A DNA stretch of 64,000 nucleotides, from positions 16,896 to 80,895 of the forward strand of contig MGBT01000221.1 in the NCBI GenBank assembly GCA_001788395.1. The letters are read 5' to 3'. This DNA comes from Candidatus Rokubacteria bacterium GWA2_70_23. GTDB lineage: Bacteria > Methylomirabilota > Methylomirabilia > Rokubacteriales > CSP1-6. The notes beneath the pieces are model-generated. The model was not told where the DNA came from. It saw nothing but the letters and a program-made list of their open reading frames with translations, and searched no databases. How positions within the stretch are numbered: the first letter of the stretch is position 1; every line of letters starts with the position of its first letter. A program made the translations under genes and the position numbers. Shown piece after piece: positions 1-8,876 of the stretch.

Positions 1-1440
1 GTGGTGTTCCCGGCGAGCCCGTGCTTCAACAACCTGGTGTTCTTCGACCCGCTCAAGTCGGTCGAGAGCGTGGACACGATCATCGGGGAGCTGGCCGAGA
101 GGTGGTCCTGGCAGGACAACTACCGGAACCTCGTCTTCTTCCTCCGCAAGGACGTCAAGTGGCACGACGGCAAGCCCTTCACCTCCCGCGACGTGAAGTT
201 CACCTTCGACATGCTTCGCGAGGCGCCGGAGGCCCAGGCCAAGCTGCGGATCAACCCGCGCAAGGACTGGTACGCCAATGTGGAGGCCGTGGAGGCGCCG
301 GATCCTCACAGCGTGGTGTTCCGGCTGAAGCGCCCGCAGCCCTCCCTGCTCGCCATGCTCGCGTCCGGCTACACGCCCGTGTACGCGGCCCACGTCCCGC
401 CCGCCAGCTACCGGACGGGCTGCATCGGCACCGGGCCCTTCAAGCTCAAGGAGTGGCGGAAGGGGGAGTTCGTCGAGTACGTGAAGAACCCGGACTACTT
501 CGTCAAGGGGCGGCCGTATCTCGACGGGCTCAAGTACATCGTCATCGTCGAGCGGGGGACGCGGACGGCGGCGCTCCAGGCGGGCCAGCTCGACGTCGCC
601 ATGCCGGGCGAGACGACCAAGACGGCGGCGGAGCAGCTCAAGAAGGCCCTGCCCCAGCTCGTCGTCACGCCCGTGGCCACCGCCGTCACCGACAACATCA
701 TCATGAACGCGAAGAAGCCGCCCTTCGACAACCCGAAAGTGCGGCGGGCCGTGAGCTACGCCATCGATCGGCGCGCCCTCATCCAGGCCGTCCACCAGGG
801 GGCAGCGGTGCTCGGCGCGGCGATGGCGCCCAGGCCCTACGGCGTCTGGGGGCTCCTGGACAAGGACCTGGCCGCGCTGCCGGGCTACGGCAAGACCGAG
901 GACATGAAGGCCCGCGCCAGAACGCTCCTGGCCGAGGCCGGCATCACGCCTCAGAACCCGCTCCGGGTCGAGATGGCCACCCGCGCCATCGCCATCTACG
1001 TGGACATGGCCTCCTTCGTCATCAACGAGCTCAAGCAGGTCGGCATCGAGGCCTCGCTCAAGCAGATCGAGACGGCGCAGTGGCATGCCATGGCTACCCG
1101 CGGCGAGTATCAGATCGGGGCCAACCTCACGGGGCTCGGCGTGGACGACCCGGACCCCAACTTCTACGAGAACTACGCCTGCGGCTCGCCGCGCAACTAC
1201 AGCCAGTACTGCAACGAGCCGGTGATGAAGCTGTTCGACCAGCAGTCGCAGGAGCTGGACCCCAAGAAGCGCTTGGCCCTGGTGGCCGCCATCCAGAAGA
1301 AGCTGGAGGAGGACGCCGCGCGCCCCATCCTGGACCACCGGATCGACTACTTCACGCACTGGCCGCACGTGAAGAACATGATCCCGCACCACAACATCTA
1401 CAACTTCGGCCGGATGCAGGAAGTCTGGAGAGACAAGTAG
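1..1440 (+). CDS. ABC transporter substrate-binding protein, family 5 (peptide/nickel/opine type), 5'-partial
   Basis: 479-aa ORF runs off the window start; length and sequence typical of DppA/OppA-like SBPs; followed by two cognate permeases. Confidence 0.85.
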   Translation: MVFPASPCFNNLVFFDPLKSVESVDTIIGELAERWSWQDNYRNLVFFLRKDVKWHDGKPFTSRDVKFTFDMLREAPEAQAKLRINPRKDWYANVEAVEAPDPHSVVFRLKRPQPSLLAMLASGYTPVYAAHVPPASYRTGCIGTGPFKLKEWRKGEFVEYVKNPDYFVKGRPYLDGLKYIVIVERGTRTAALQAGQLDVAMPGETTKTAAEQLKKALPQLVVTPVATAVTDNIIMNAKKPPFDNPKVRRAVSYAIDRRALIQAVHQGAAVLGAAMAPRPYGVWGLLDKDLAALPGYGKTEDMKARARTLLAEAGITPQNPLRVEMATRAIAIYVDMASFVINELKQVGIEASLKQIETAQWHAMATRGEYQIGANLTGLGVDDPDPNFYENYACGSPRNYSQYCNEPVMKLFDQQSQELDPKKRLALVAAIQKKLEEDAARPILDHRIDYFTHWPHVKNMIPHHNIYNFGRMQEVWRDK

Positions 1441-1460
1441 GGGCGCCGGACGCGAGCAGG

Positions 1461-1487
1461 CCGGGGGAGGCGGGGCGCCTCCCCCGG
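1461..1487 (+). promoter_or_regulatory. Intercistronic perfect stem-loop CCGGGGGAGGCG-ggg-CGCCTCCCCCGG between SBP and permease genes
   Basis: 12-bp perfect inverted repeat with 3-nt loop read directly; position typical of mRNA-stabilising hairpins after SBP genes. Confidence 0.5.
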
Positions 1488-1507
1488 CGCGTGCAGAGGG
1501 GTCCCGC

Positions 1508-2461
1508 GTGAAAACCTACCTCGTTCAGCGACTGGCCATCGCTGTCCTCACGCTGTTCGGCATGTCCGTCGTCATCTTCGCCCTCCTGCGGCTGGCTCCC
1601 GGCGACATCGTGGACATCCTCTTCTCGACTGCGGGCTTCGTGGACCCGGCCGCCCGCACGGAGATCATGCGGGAGCTGGGGCTGGACAAGCCGATCTGGA
1701 TCCAGTACCTCGACTGGCTCCGGCAGATCTTCTCGGGCGACCTCGGCAAGTCCTACCGCTATGATCTCCCGGCGTGGGAGATCATCCGGCCGCTCCTCCC
1801 CGTCACCGTGGAGCTGGCCGCGCTGTCCATGATCGTGGCGGTGGTGCTCGGCGTGCCGACCGGCGTGATCAGCGCCGTCAGGCAGGACACTCCCCTCGAT
1901 TACGTCCTCCGGGTGCTCAGCCTGGCCGGGCTCAGCATGCCGTCGTTCTGGCTCGGCATGGTGATCATCCTCGGGCTGGTGGCCTGGCTCGGGTGGATCC
2001 CGCCCGTGACCTACGTGTCGCCGGGCGAGAACTTCCAGCTCCACGCCGCCCAGTTCCTCCTGCCGGCGCTGGCCGTCGGCTACCGCTCCTCCGCGCTCAT
2101 CATGCGGATCACGCGCTCGTCGCTCCTCGAGGTGCTGCGGGAGGACTACGTGCGCACGGCGTGGGCCAAGGGGCAGACCGGGCGGGCCGTGATCTGGCGG
2201 CACGCGCTGAAGAACGCCATGCTGCCGGTCATCACCGTCATCGGCATCGAGTTCGCCTTCCTCATCGGCGGCCTCGTGGTGACCGAGCAGGTGTTCAACC
2301 TGCCCGGGCTCGCCCGCTTCCTCGTGCAGGCCATCCTCTGGCGCGATTACCCCATCGTCCAGAACCTGGTGATGCTCATCGCCATCGTCGTCATCCTCTC
2401 GAACCTCGCCGTGGACCTCCTCTACGGGGTGCTGGACCCCCGGGTGCGGTATGCCGGCTGA
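1508..2461 (+). CDS. ABC transporter permease (DppB/OppB-like)
   Basis: 317 aa, N-terminal MKTYLVQRLAIAVLTLFGMSVVIFALLRLAPGD typical of DppB family; multi-TM. Confidence 0.85.
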   Translation: MKTYLVQRLAIAVLTLFGMSVVIFALLRLAPGDIVDILFSTAGFVDPAARTEIMRELGLDKPIWIQYLDWLRQIFSGDLGKSYRYDLPAWEIIRPLLPVTVELAALSMIVAVVLGVPTGVISAVRQDTPLDYVLRVLSLAGLSMPSFWLGMVIILGLVAWLGWIPPVTYVSPGENFQLHAAQFLLPALAVGYRSSALIMRITRSSLLEVLREDYVRTAWAKGQTGRAVIWRHALKNAMLPVITVIGIEFAFLIGGLVVTEQVFNLPGLARFLVQAILWRDYPIVQNLVMLIAIVVILSNLAVDLLYGVLDPRVRYAG

Positions 2462-3356
2462 GCCCGTGGCCGAGAGCGCGCTCCGGCTGCCCGCTCGTCC
2501 CGCATCCCGGTCCGGAGTCTGGATGACGCTCGCCCGCTTCTGCCGCAAGAAGCCTCTCGGCGCCGTCGGCGGGCTCGTCATGCTGCTCATCCTGGTCACG
2601 GCGATCTTCGCCGAGGTGCTGGCCACCCACGATCCCATCATGACGGAGGCGGCGGGGACGCTGGGGCGCCCCAGCTGGGAGCACTGGCTCGGCTCGGACC
2701 ACCTGGGACGCGACATCTACTCCCGGATCGTCCACGGCGCCCGCGTGTCGCTCATCGTCGGCGTGGCGTCCACGCTGCTCGGCTCCGTGCTGGGCGGTAT
2801 CGTCGGCCTGCTCTCCGGCTACGTCGGCGGCAAGACGGACCTCATCGTCCAGCGGGTGCTGGACATCCTGCAGGGTCTGCCGCTCCTGGTGCTCGCGCTG
2901 GTCATCTCGGCGGTGCTGAGTCCGTCGATCCAGAACGTGGTCATCGCGATCTCGGTCCCGATCATCCCGCGGGCCGCCCGCGTCATCCGCTCGAGCGTGC
3001 TCTCCATCCGGGAGATGCAGTACGTGGAGGCGGCGCGGGCCCTGGGGGTCGCACATCTCCGGATCGCCTTCCGCCACATCCTGCCCAACACCATGGGACC
3101 GTTCATCGTGCTCGGCACGGCCCAGCTCGGCAGCGCCATCCTGGTGGAGGCCACGCTCTCCTTCCTCGGGCTCGGCGTGCCCGAGCCCTACCCGTCCTGG
3201 GGGCGCATGCTCTCGGTCTCGGCCGCCGAGTACGCCCAGAAGGCGCCCCACCTGGTCCTTTTCCCGGGCCTCGCCATCAGCCTGGCCGTGTTCGGCTCCA
3301 ACTTGCTCGGGGATGCGCTCAGGGACACGCTCGACCCGCGCCTGCGCGGCGCCTGA
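2451..3356 (+). CDS. ABC transporter permease (DppC/OppC-like)
   Basis: 301 aa; overlaps previous stop; hydrophobic TM profile of DppC family; true start may be a downstream internal Met. Confidence 0.8.
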   Translation: MPAEPVAESALRLPARPASRSGVWMTLARFCRKKPLGAVGGLVMLLILVTAIFAEVLATHDPIMTEAAGTLGRPSWEHWLGSDHLGRDIYSRIVHGARVSLIVGVASTLLGSVLGGIVGLLSGYVGGKTDLIVQRVLDILQGLPLLVLALVISAVLSPSIQNVVIAISVPIIPRAARVIRSSVLSIREMQYVEAARALGVAHLRIAFRHILPNTMGPFIVLGTAQLGSAILVEATLSFLGLGVPEPYPSWGRMLSVSAAEYAQKAPHLVLFPGLAISLAVFGSNLLGDALRDTLDPRLRGA

Positions 3357-3379
3357 GCGCGGCGAGAGTGAAGGGCCGC

Positions 3380-3700
3380 GCGCGAGGACCCGGCGGGCGC
3401 GGGCGTGGCGACTGCCCGGGCGGCCGCCTGGAGTCACCGCGGCGAAGATCGGGCGAAGGGAGTCGGGCAGCGGGAGCTAGCGGCGGGCGTGGGCGTGGCG
3501 AAGCCCAGGTGCCCACGCCTGGTGAATGAAGGCGGGCGCGGCGAAGCCCGGGCGCCCATCCGGGATGACGGCGCCAGAGATCGCGTGAGGTGAGTCGAGG
3601 GGCGTGAACAGCCGGCGGGGATGGGCGGGCGCGGCGGGTGACCGCAACTGAAGGCAGGGGAATGAACTAGCGGGCGCACGGATCCGGCGGGCGCGGGCGG
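3380..3700. repeat. Degenerate tandem array (4-5 copies) of about 40-bp GC-rich palindromic unit GGCGGGCGYGGGCGTGGCGA..CCCRGG..GCCCRCGCCTGG
   Basis: Units aligned by eye (e.g. ggcgggcgcgggcgtggcgactgcccgggcggccgcctgg vs ggcgggcgtgggcgtggcgaagcccaggtgcccacgcctgg); intergenic between dppC-like and amidase. Confidence 0.5.
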
Positions 3701-3741
3701 GCCTACGGCCCGGGTGCCCGCGCCGGGTCAAGGAGGATCCC

Positions 3742-5157
3742 ATGGCCTCGGATGAGCTCTGCTGGATGCCGGCTGCCGAGATGGCGGCCGCGATCAGGCG
3801 CAAGAAGCTGTCGCCGGTGGAGGTGATGCGCGCGGTGCTGGCGCGGATCGAGCGCGTCAACCCGCGGCTCAACGCCATCGTCACCCTCACGGCCGACCAG
3901 GCCATGAAGGACGCCCGCGCGGCGGAGCGCGCCCTGATGAAGAAGGGAGCGACGCTCGGCGCGCTGCACGGGTTGCCCTTTTCCACCAAGGACCTCGTCG
4001 TCACGAAAGGGATCCGCACCACGTTCGGCACCCGGCTCTATGCCGACAACGTGCCCACCGAGGACGCCCCCATGGTGGAGCGGCTCAAGAGGGCCGGGGC
4101 CATCCAGCTCGGCAAGACCAACACGCCGGCTTTCGGCTGGATCGGCGCCACCCACAACCTGGTCTTCGGCATCACACGCAACCCGTGGAATCTCGATCGC
4201 ACGCCCGGCGGCTCGAGCGGCGGGGCGAGCGCCGCGGTGGCGGCCGGACTCGGCCCGCTGGCCATCGGCACCGACGGCGGCGGCTCGATCCGCATCCCCG
4301 CCTCCTGCGCCGGCATCTTCGGCCACAAGCCCTCCTTCGGGCGCATTCCCGTCTACCCGCCGAGCGCTGCGTGGAGCCTCTCGCACATCGGCCCCATGAC
4401 CCGCACCGTCACCGACGCGGCGCTCATGATGAACGCCTGCGCCGGTCCCGACGAGCGGGATCAGTTCTCGCTGCCCGGGGACGGGACCGACTACGTGAAG
4501 GCCCTCAAGGGGCCGCTCACGGGGCTCCGCGTGGCGTGGTCCGCGAACCTGGGCTTCGCCAAGGTCGTGGACCCCGAGGTGTTGGCCGGGTGCGAGAAAG
4601 CGGCGAAGCGCTTCCGCGACTTCGGCTGCCGGCTGGAGACGGTGAACCCCGGCTGGCCGACGCCGAAGGACTGCTGGGAGGCGATCTTCTGTGGCGGCAT
4701 CGGGACGCGCATGGCGCCCTACATGGCCGAGCGGCGCGCGGACATCGATCCGGGCCTGGCGGAGATCATCGACGAGACGCTCACCTGGGGACCCACGAAG
4801 TACGTCCAGGCCTGGTTCGACCGCCTGGCCTGGAACGACCATGTGCGGCGCTTCTTCGAGAAGTACGATCTCCTGCTGACGCCGACCATCGCCACGCGGC
4901 CGTTCAAGGTGGGTGTGGACAACCCCACCGAGATCGCGGGGAAGCCCGTCGAGCGCTACGACTGGATCCCGTTCACCTTCCCGTTCAACATGACCGGCAA
5001 CCCCGGTGCCTCGGTGCCCTGCGGCTTCACCTCGGACGGCCTGCCGATCGGGCTGCAGATCGTGGGGCGGCGCTTTGCCGACGCCCTCGTCCTGCGGGCC
5101 TCGGCGGCCTTCGAGACGGCGCAGCCCTGGGCCCACGCGAAACCGCCGATCGACTAG
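3742..5157 (+). CDS. Amidase (amidase-signature family, GatA-like)
   Basis: 471 aa; GGSSGGASAAVAAGLGPLAIGTDGGGSIRIPAS amidase signature; RBS AAGGAGG upstream. Confidence 0.85.
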   Translation: MASDELCWMPAAEMAAAIRRKKLSPVEVMRAVLARIERVNPRLNAIVTLTADQAMKDARAAERALMKKGATLGALHGLPFSTKDLVVTKGIRTTFGTRLYADNVPTEDAPMVERLKRAGAIQLGKTNTPAFGWIGATHNLVFGITRNPWNLDRTPGGSSGGASAAVAAGLGPLAIGTDGGGSIRIPASCAGIFGHKPSFGRIPVYPPSAAWSLSHIGPMTRTVTDAALMMNACAGPDERDQFSLPGDGTDYVKALKGPLTGLRVAWSANLGFAKVVDPEVLAGCEKAAKRFRDFGCRLETVNPGWPTPKDCWEAIFCGGIGTRMAPYMAERRADIDPGLAEIIDETLTWGPTKYVQAWFDRLAWNDHVRRFFEKYDLLLTPTIATRPFKVGVDNPTEIAGKPVERYDWIPFTFPFNMTGNPGASVPCGFTSDGLPIGLQIVGRRFADALVLRASAAFETAQPWAHAKPPID

Positions 5158-5173
5158 CGAGGACCAAGACGCC

Positions 5174-5293
5174 ATGAAGATCGACGACGTCACGCGCATC
5201 CTGGTGGTGGGCGCGGGACAGATGGGCGCCCAGATCGCCATGCAGTCGGCGCTCTCCGGCTACGAGTGCACGCTCAGCGACACGACCACTGAT
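5174..5293 (+). pseudogene. Remnant: N-terminal about 40 codons of a 3-hydroxyacyl-CoA dehydrogenase (Hbd/FadB-type Rossmann N-terminus)
   Basis: MKIDDVTRILVVGAGQMGAQIAMQSALSGYECTLSD matches the GxGxxG NAD-binding N-terminus of 3-hydroxybutyryl-CoA dehydrogenases; similarity ends abruptly around 5290 where local GC drops. Confidence 0.5.
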
Positions 5294-5366
5294 ACACGTA
5301 TCGTCCTGGCGGCGTCTCGAAGAGTGGACATTGACGGCGCGCGCCGCCTGACCCACGCTGCGCGCC

Positions 5367-5909
5367 ATGATCGCGTGGCGCGCAGAGGCCGGGTTCTCCC
5401 TCGCGGAATTGCTCGCGAGCACTGCCCTCATGAGCGTGCTGATGGCGGCCACGCTCACGGTCCTCGTGGCGGGGCAGGAGAGCTACGGCCTCGGCGCGGC
5501 GCGCATCGACGCCCAGCAGTCGGCGCGGATCGCCCTCGAGCGCATGACCCGGGAGCTGCGCGAGGCTGGCTATGATCCGACCGGCATCGGGCTCCCGGCC
5601 GTGGTCGTCGCCGAGCCCACCCGGGTCGCCTTCCAGCGCGACCTCAACGGCAACGGCGTGCTGGATCCCACCCGGGAGCGCGTGACCTATCTCCTGCGCG
5701 GCAGCGTGCTCCGCCGGGAGGCGGGCGCCGGGGCCCAGCCGATCATCGAGGGCGTACGGAGTCTCGCCCTGACCTACTTCGACCGGGCCGGGGCGGAGAC
5801 GACCGAACCGGCGCGGGTCACCTCGATCCGCATCCGTCTCGACGTGGGGCGGGCCGGCCCCGGCGCCCTCATGGAGACCCAGGTTTCACTCAGGAACGAC
5901 CGGCAGTGA
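5367..5909 (+). CDS. Prepilin-type N-terminal cleavage/methylation domain protein (pseudopilin/minor pilin-like)
   Basis: N-terminus MIAWRAEAG/FSLAELLASTALMSVLMAA has the G|F...E5 class III signal peptide and hydrophobic helix. Confidence 0.7.
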   Translation: MIAWRAEAGFSLAELLASTALMSVLMAATLTVLVAGQESYGLGAARIDAQQSARIALERMTRELREAGYDPTGIGLPAVVVAEPTRVAFQRDLNGNGVLDPTRERVTYLLRGSVLRREAGAGAQPIIEGVRSLALTYFDRAGAETTEPARVTSIRIRLDVGRAGPGALMETQVSLRNDRQ

Positions 5910-5955
5910 GCATCGCCCGTCGCGCCGCTGCGCGCCGATCTGGTAAGATCCCGCT

Positions 5956-6744
5956 ATGCGCGACTTCATCCGCTCTCCCGCCTGGGCGCTCCTGCTCCTG
6001 GTGGTCGGCGTGGCCGTGGCCTGCCAGACGGTGCCGATCACCGGACGCTCTCAGCTGCAGATCCTCCCGGAGTCGGAGGAGATGCGCATGGGGGTGCAGT
6101 CCTACGCCGACATCCTGAAGAAATCGCGCGTCTCCACCGATCCGGTGCTCAACGAGCGGGTCACTCGCGTCGGAAGCCGGATCGCCGCGGCGACGGGGCG
6201 CAGAGACTACCAGTGGGAGTACAAGGTCATCGAGGACAAGCAGGCCAATGCCTTCGCGCTGCCGGGAGGCAAGGTTGCCGTCTACACCGGCATCCTCCCC
6301 ATCACGCGCGACGACGCCGGGCTCGCCGCGGTGCTCGGCCACGAGGTTGCTCACGTGATCGCGCGCCACGGGGGCGAGCGCGTGAGCCAGCAGCTCGTGG
6401 TCCAGATGGGACTGGCCGGCACGATGGCCGCGTTCTCGAGGCGTGACCCGAAGACGGTCCAGGCCGTCGGCGCCCTGCTGGGGGCGGGAGCCGCGGTGGG
6501 GCTGCTCCTGCCGTGGGGGCGGTCGCAGGAGTCCGAGGCCGACCGCCTCGGGCTCATCTACATGGCCAAGGCCGGCTACGACCCGCATGGCGCCCGCGAT
6601 CTCTGGGTCCGCATGGCCGAAGCCTCCAAGGGGCAGGCCCGTCCCCCCGAGTTCCTCTCGACGCACCCCTCCGAGGCCACGCGCATTCGGCAGATCGAGG
6701 CCTGGATGCCCGAGGCCATGACCTACTACCGCCCGGCCAGATAG
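5956..6744 (+). CDS. M48-family zinc metallopeptidase lipoprotein
   Basis: HEVAHVIARH (HExxH) motif; lipobox VAVAC after signal sequence; 262 aa. Confidence 0.8.
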   Translation: MRDFIRSPAWALLLLVVGVAVACQTVPITGRSQLQILPESEEMRMGVQSYADILKKSRVSTDPVLNERVTRVGSRIAAATGRRDYQWEYKVIEDKQANAFALPGGKVAVYTGILPITRDDAGLAAVLGHEVAHVIARHGGERVSQQLVVQMGLAGTMAAFSRRDPKTVQAVGALLGAGAAVGLLLPWGRSQESEADRLGLIYMAKAGYDPHGARDLWVRMAEASKGQARPPEFLSTHPSEATRIRQIEAWMPEAMTYYRPAR

Positions 6745-6750
6745 CCCCGC

Positions 6751-6782
6751 CCCCCCTGATACCCCGGGGGGTATCAGGGGGT
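6751..6782. repeat. Perfect palindrome CCCCCTGATACCCC/GGGGGTATCAGGGGG immediately after the peptidase stop (terminator-like but no T-tract)
   Basis: Read directly; 14-15 bp perfect inverted repeat with no loop, followed by a second short palindrome CCCCGGGGG. Confidence 0.5.
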
Positions 6783-6920
6783 CCCCGGGGGGGCTCCGCC
6801 ACGGCCCCAGCCGGCCGGCCGGAGCCGGGGACCTCAATCCACGGTGGTCTCAGCCATGAGGGCCACTACCCGTGGCCTTCCTCATCTGCGGGATTTCTCT
6901 GTAAAATTCCGTCTTTTCGC

Positions 6921-6949
6921 TTGACAGCCTTTTCGCCACCAACTAGGAT
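6921..6949 (+). promoter_or_regulatory. Sigma70-like promoter upstream of mraZ (TTGACA-17 nt-TAGGAT)
   Basis: TTGACA at 6921-6926, 17-nt spacer, TAGGAT at 6944-6949, in a locally AT-richer region about 80 nt upstream of mraZ. Confidence 0.5.
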
Positions 6950-6959
6950 TGCCCTCTAG

Positions 6960-6985
6960 GTGGGATAGATTCCCATGAAGTGGGA
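6960..6985 (+). promoter_or_regulatory. Candidate MraZ operator: GTGGGA direct repeats (6960, 6980) flanking inverted TCCCA
   Basis: MraZ in E. coli binds GTGGG direct repeats in its own promoter region; here GTGGGAtagatTCCCAtgaaGTGGGA sits between the -10 element and the mraZ start. Confidence 0.3.
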
Positions 6986-7029
6986 CGCCAACCAGATAAC
7001 GAGGGGAGTTTTCCCCTCAGGGGCAGGCG

Positions 7030-7470
7030 GTGTTTCGGGGGCATTTCAAGCACACGGTCGATCCGAAGGGGCGGCTCAGCATCCCGGCGAAGTTCCGGGA
7101 AGCCCTGGCGGACGGCCGCGGCGACAAGGTCGTCATTGTGCCCTGCGGCGATGCGCTCGAAGTGCATCCGCTCCAGCTCTGGCACGCGCTCGAGGAGCGA
7201 GTGAATGCGCTGCCGAGATTCGATCCCGATCGGCGCCGAGTCCAGTACGCGTACATCTCGCTCGCCCAGGACGTCACGCTCGATCCGCAGGGACGCATCC
7301 AGATCCCTGCCGACTACCGCGAGCGCGTGGGGCTCGTGAAGGACGTGCTCATCATCGGCCTGACGGACAAGTTCGAGGTGTGGGATGCGGAGCGGTGGGC
7401 GCACTTCCAGCGCGATCACGATGGCCCGCTCGACGATCTGTTCGAAAGGCTGGCGGGCAAGGGAGTCTGA
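7030..7470 (+). CDS. mraZ: Transcriptional regulator MraZ
   Basis: 146 aa; GTG start; FRGHFKHTVDPKGRLSIPAKFRE matches MraZ N-terminus; first gene of dcw cluster. Confidence 0.9.
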   Translation: MFRGHFKHTVDPKGRLSIPAKFREALADGRGDKVVIVPCGDALEVHPLQLWHALEERVNALPRFDPDRRRVQYAYISLAQDVTLDPQGRIQIPADYRERVGLVKDVLIIGLTDKFEVWDAERWAHFQRDHDGPLDDLFERLAGKGV

Positions 7471-7476
7471 GGCGGC

Positions 7477-8382
7477 ATGCAGCGGGAGGGGATGGCGCAC
7501 CTCCCGGTGCTGGTGGACGAGGTGACGTTCCTCTTGCGCCCCCGTCGCGGGGGCTGGGTCGTGGACGGGACGGTCGGCATGGGTGGACACGCTGAGCGAC
7601 TGCTGGAGCGCGCGGGGCCCAGAGCGAGGCTCCTCGGGCTCGATCACGATCCCGAGGCGCTGGCGCGGGCCAGGCAGCGGCTGTCCCGCTTCGGCGATCG
7701 CGTGGTGCTCACGCAGGGAAGCTTCCGGCACCTCGCCACCCACGCGGGCGCCGCGGGCGTGACCGAAGCGGACGCCGTGCTCCTGGACCTGGGCCTCTCC
7801 TCCTACCAGCTCGATGAGTCGGCGCGCGGCTTTTCCTTCCAGGGCGACGAGCCGCTCGACATGCGCTTCGACCCCGCGCAGGGGCCCACCGCCGCCGAGC
7901 TCCTGAACTGCCTCCCGCAGGAGGAGCTGGCGCGCATCCTGTTCGAGTACGGCGACGAAACGCAAGCCCGCCGCATCGCCCGGCGCATCGTCGAGCAGCG
8001 GGCCCGGGCGCCCTTCGCGACGACGGCGGATCTGGTGGCCGTGGTGAAGCGGAGCGTGCCGCGCGCGGCCTGGTCGCGCCGCACCCACGTTGCCACGCGC
8101 ACCTTCCAGGCCCTCCGCATGGCCGTCAACGACGAGCCCGGGGCGCTCCGCGAGGCTCTCCCCCAGGCCGCCGCGCTGCTCGCCATTGGCGGCCGGCTCG
8201 GCGTCATCTCCTTCCACTCCGGCGAGGACCGCATCGTGAAGCGCATGTTCCGGAGCCTCGAGCCGACAGGCTTCGGCGAGCTGGAGCCGTCCCCGATCGA
8301 GCCCGACCCGGACGAGGTCAGACACAACCCGCGCGCGCGGAGCGCCAAGCTCCGCGTGCTCGCGCGCCTGGAGGCAGCATGA
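7477..8382 (+). CDS. rsmH: 16S rRNA (cytosine1402-N4)-methyltransferase RsmH (MraW)
   Basis: 301 aa; HLPVLVDEV and SAM-MTase motifs; position after mraZ. Confidence 0.9.
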   Translation: MQREGMAHLPVLVDEVTFLLRPRRGGWVVDGTVGMGGHAERLLERAGPRARLLGLDHDPEALARARQRLSRFGDRVVLTQGSFRHLATHAGAAGVTEADAVLLDLGLSSYQLDESARGFSFQGDEPLDMRFDPAQGPTAAELLNCLPQEELARILFEYGDETQARRIARRIVEQRARAPFATTADLVAVVKRSVPRAAWSRRTHVATRTFQALRMAVNDEPGALREALPQAAALLAIGGRLGVISFHSGEDRIVKRMFRSLEPTGFGELEPSPIEPDPDEVRHNPRARSAKLRVLARLEAA

Positions 8383-8846
8383 GAATCGACGAGCGAGGGG
8401 GAGCGCAGGCGGCACGGCTCTGGGCGGGGACGCTGGACCCGGCCTTCCAGCAGGCGGCGCGGTTCCACCGCGAGCCGGACCGGCGCCGGCTCCGGGCCAT
8501 GGCCGTGGGAGTGCTCTGCGCGACCGCCTTCATGCTGGGCGTGCTCGGGATCGTCGGGCTCAAGGTCCACCAGGTCCGGCTCTCGTACCGGCTGGACGCC
8601 CTGCGCGCGACGCGGGCAGAGGCCGATGAGCTGAACCGGCGTTTCCGGGTGGAACTGGCCACGCTCCACTCCCTGGCGCGCCTCGAGGACAGGGCTCGCA
8701 CCGAGCTCGGGATGGTCCCCCCCGGCCAGGATCAGGTCCGGCTCGCGCGCGAGTTCGTGCCCGGCGGCAGTGGCCTGAGCAGCGTGAGCCCGCCGCGCAC
8801 CGCGTCGGCCCAGCGGGTGAGCCCCGTCGAGGCGCCCGTCCGCTAG
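8379..8846 (+). CDS. ftsL: Cell division protein FtsL-like (single TM + coiled coil)
   Basis: ATGA overlap with rsmH; single TM segment then coiled-coil; conserved position between rsmH and ftsI. Confidence 0.6.
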   Translation: MRIDERGGAQAARLWAGTLDPAFQQAARFHREPDRRRLRAMAVGVLCATAFMLGVLGIVGLKVHQVRLSYRLDALRATRAEADELNRRFRVELATLHSLARLEDRARTELGMVPPGQDQVRLAREFVPGGSGLSSVSPPRTASAQRVSPVEAPVR

Positions 8847-8876
8847 CATGAAGCCTCCGGAGGCCGTGGAGCCGCC

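Noticed and set aside
3380-3700. Possible CRISPR array
   Set aside because: The repeats are degenerate (about 85% identity) and of unequal spacing. The spacers are themselves repeat-like. There are no cas genes. It is better described as a REP-like palindromic array.
5006-5575. 189-aa plus-strand ORF
   Set aside because: Only its first about 40 in-frame codons after ATG 5174 look like real protein (hbd remnant). The remainder is Arg/Gly-rich and overlaps the better-supported prepilin-like gene in another frame.
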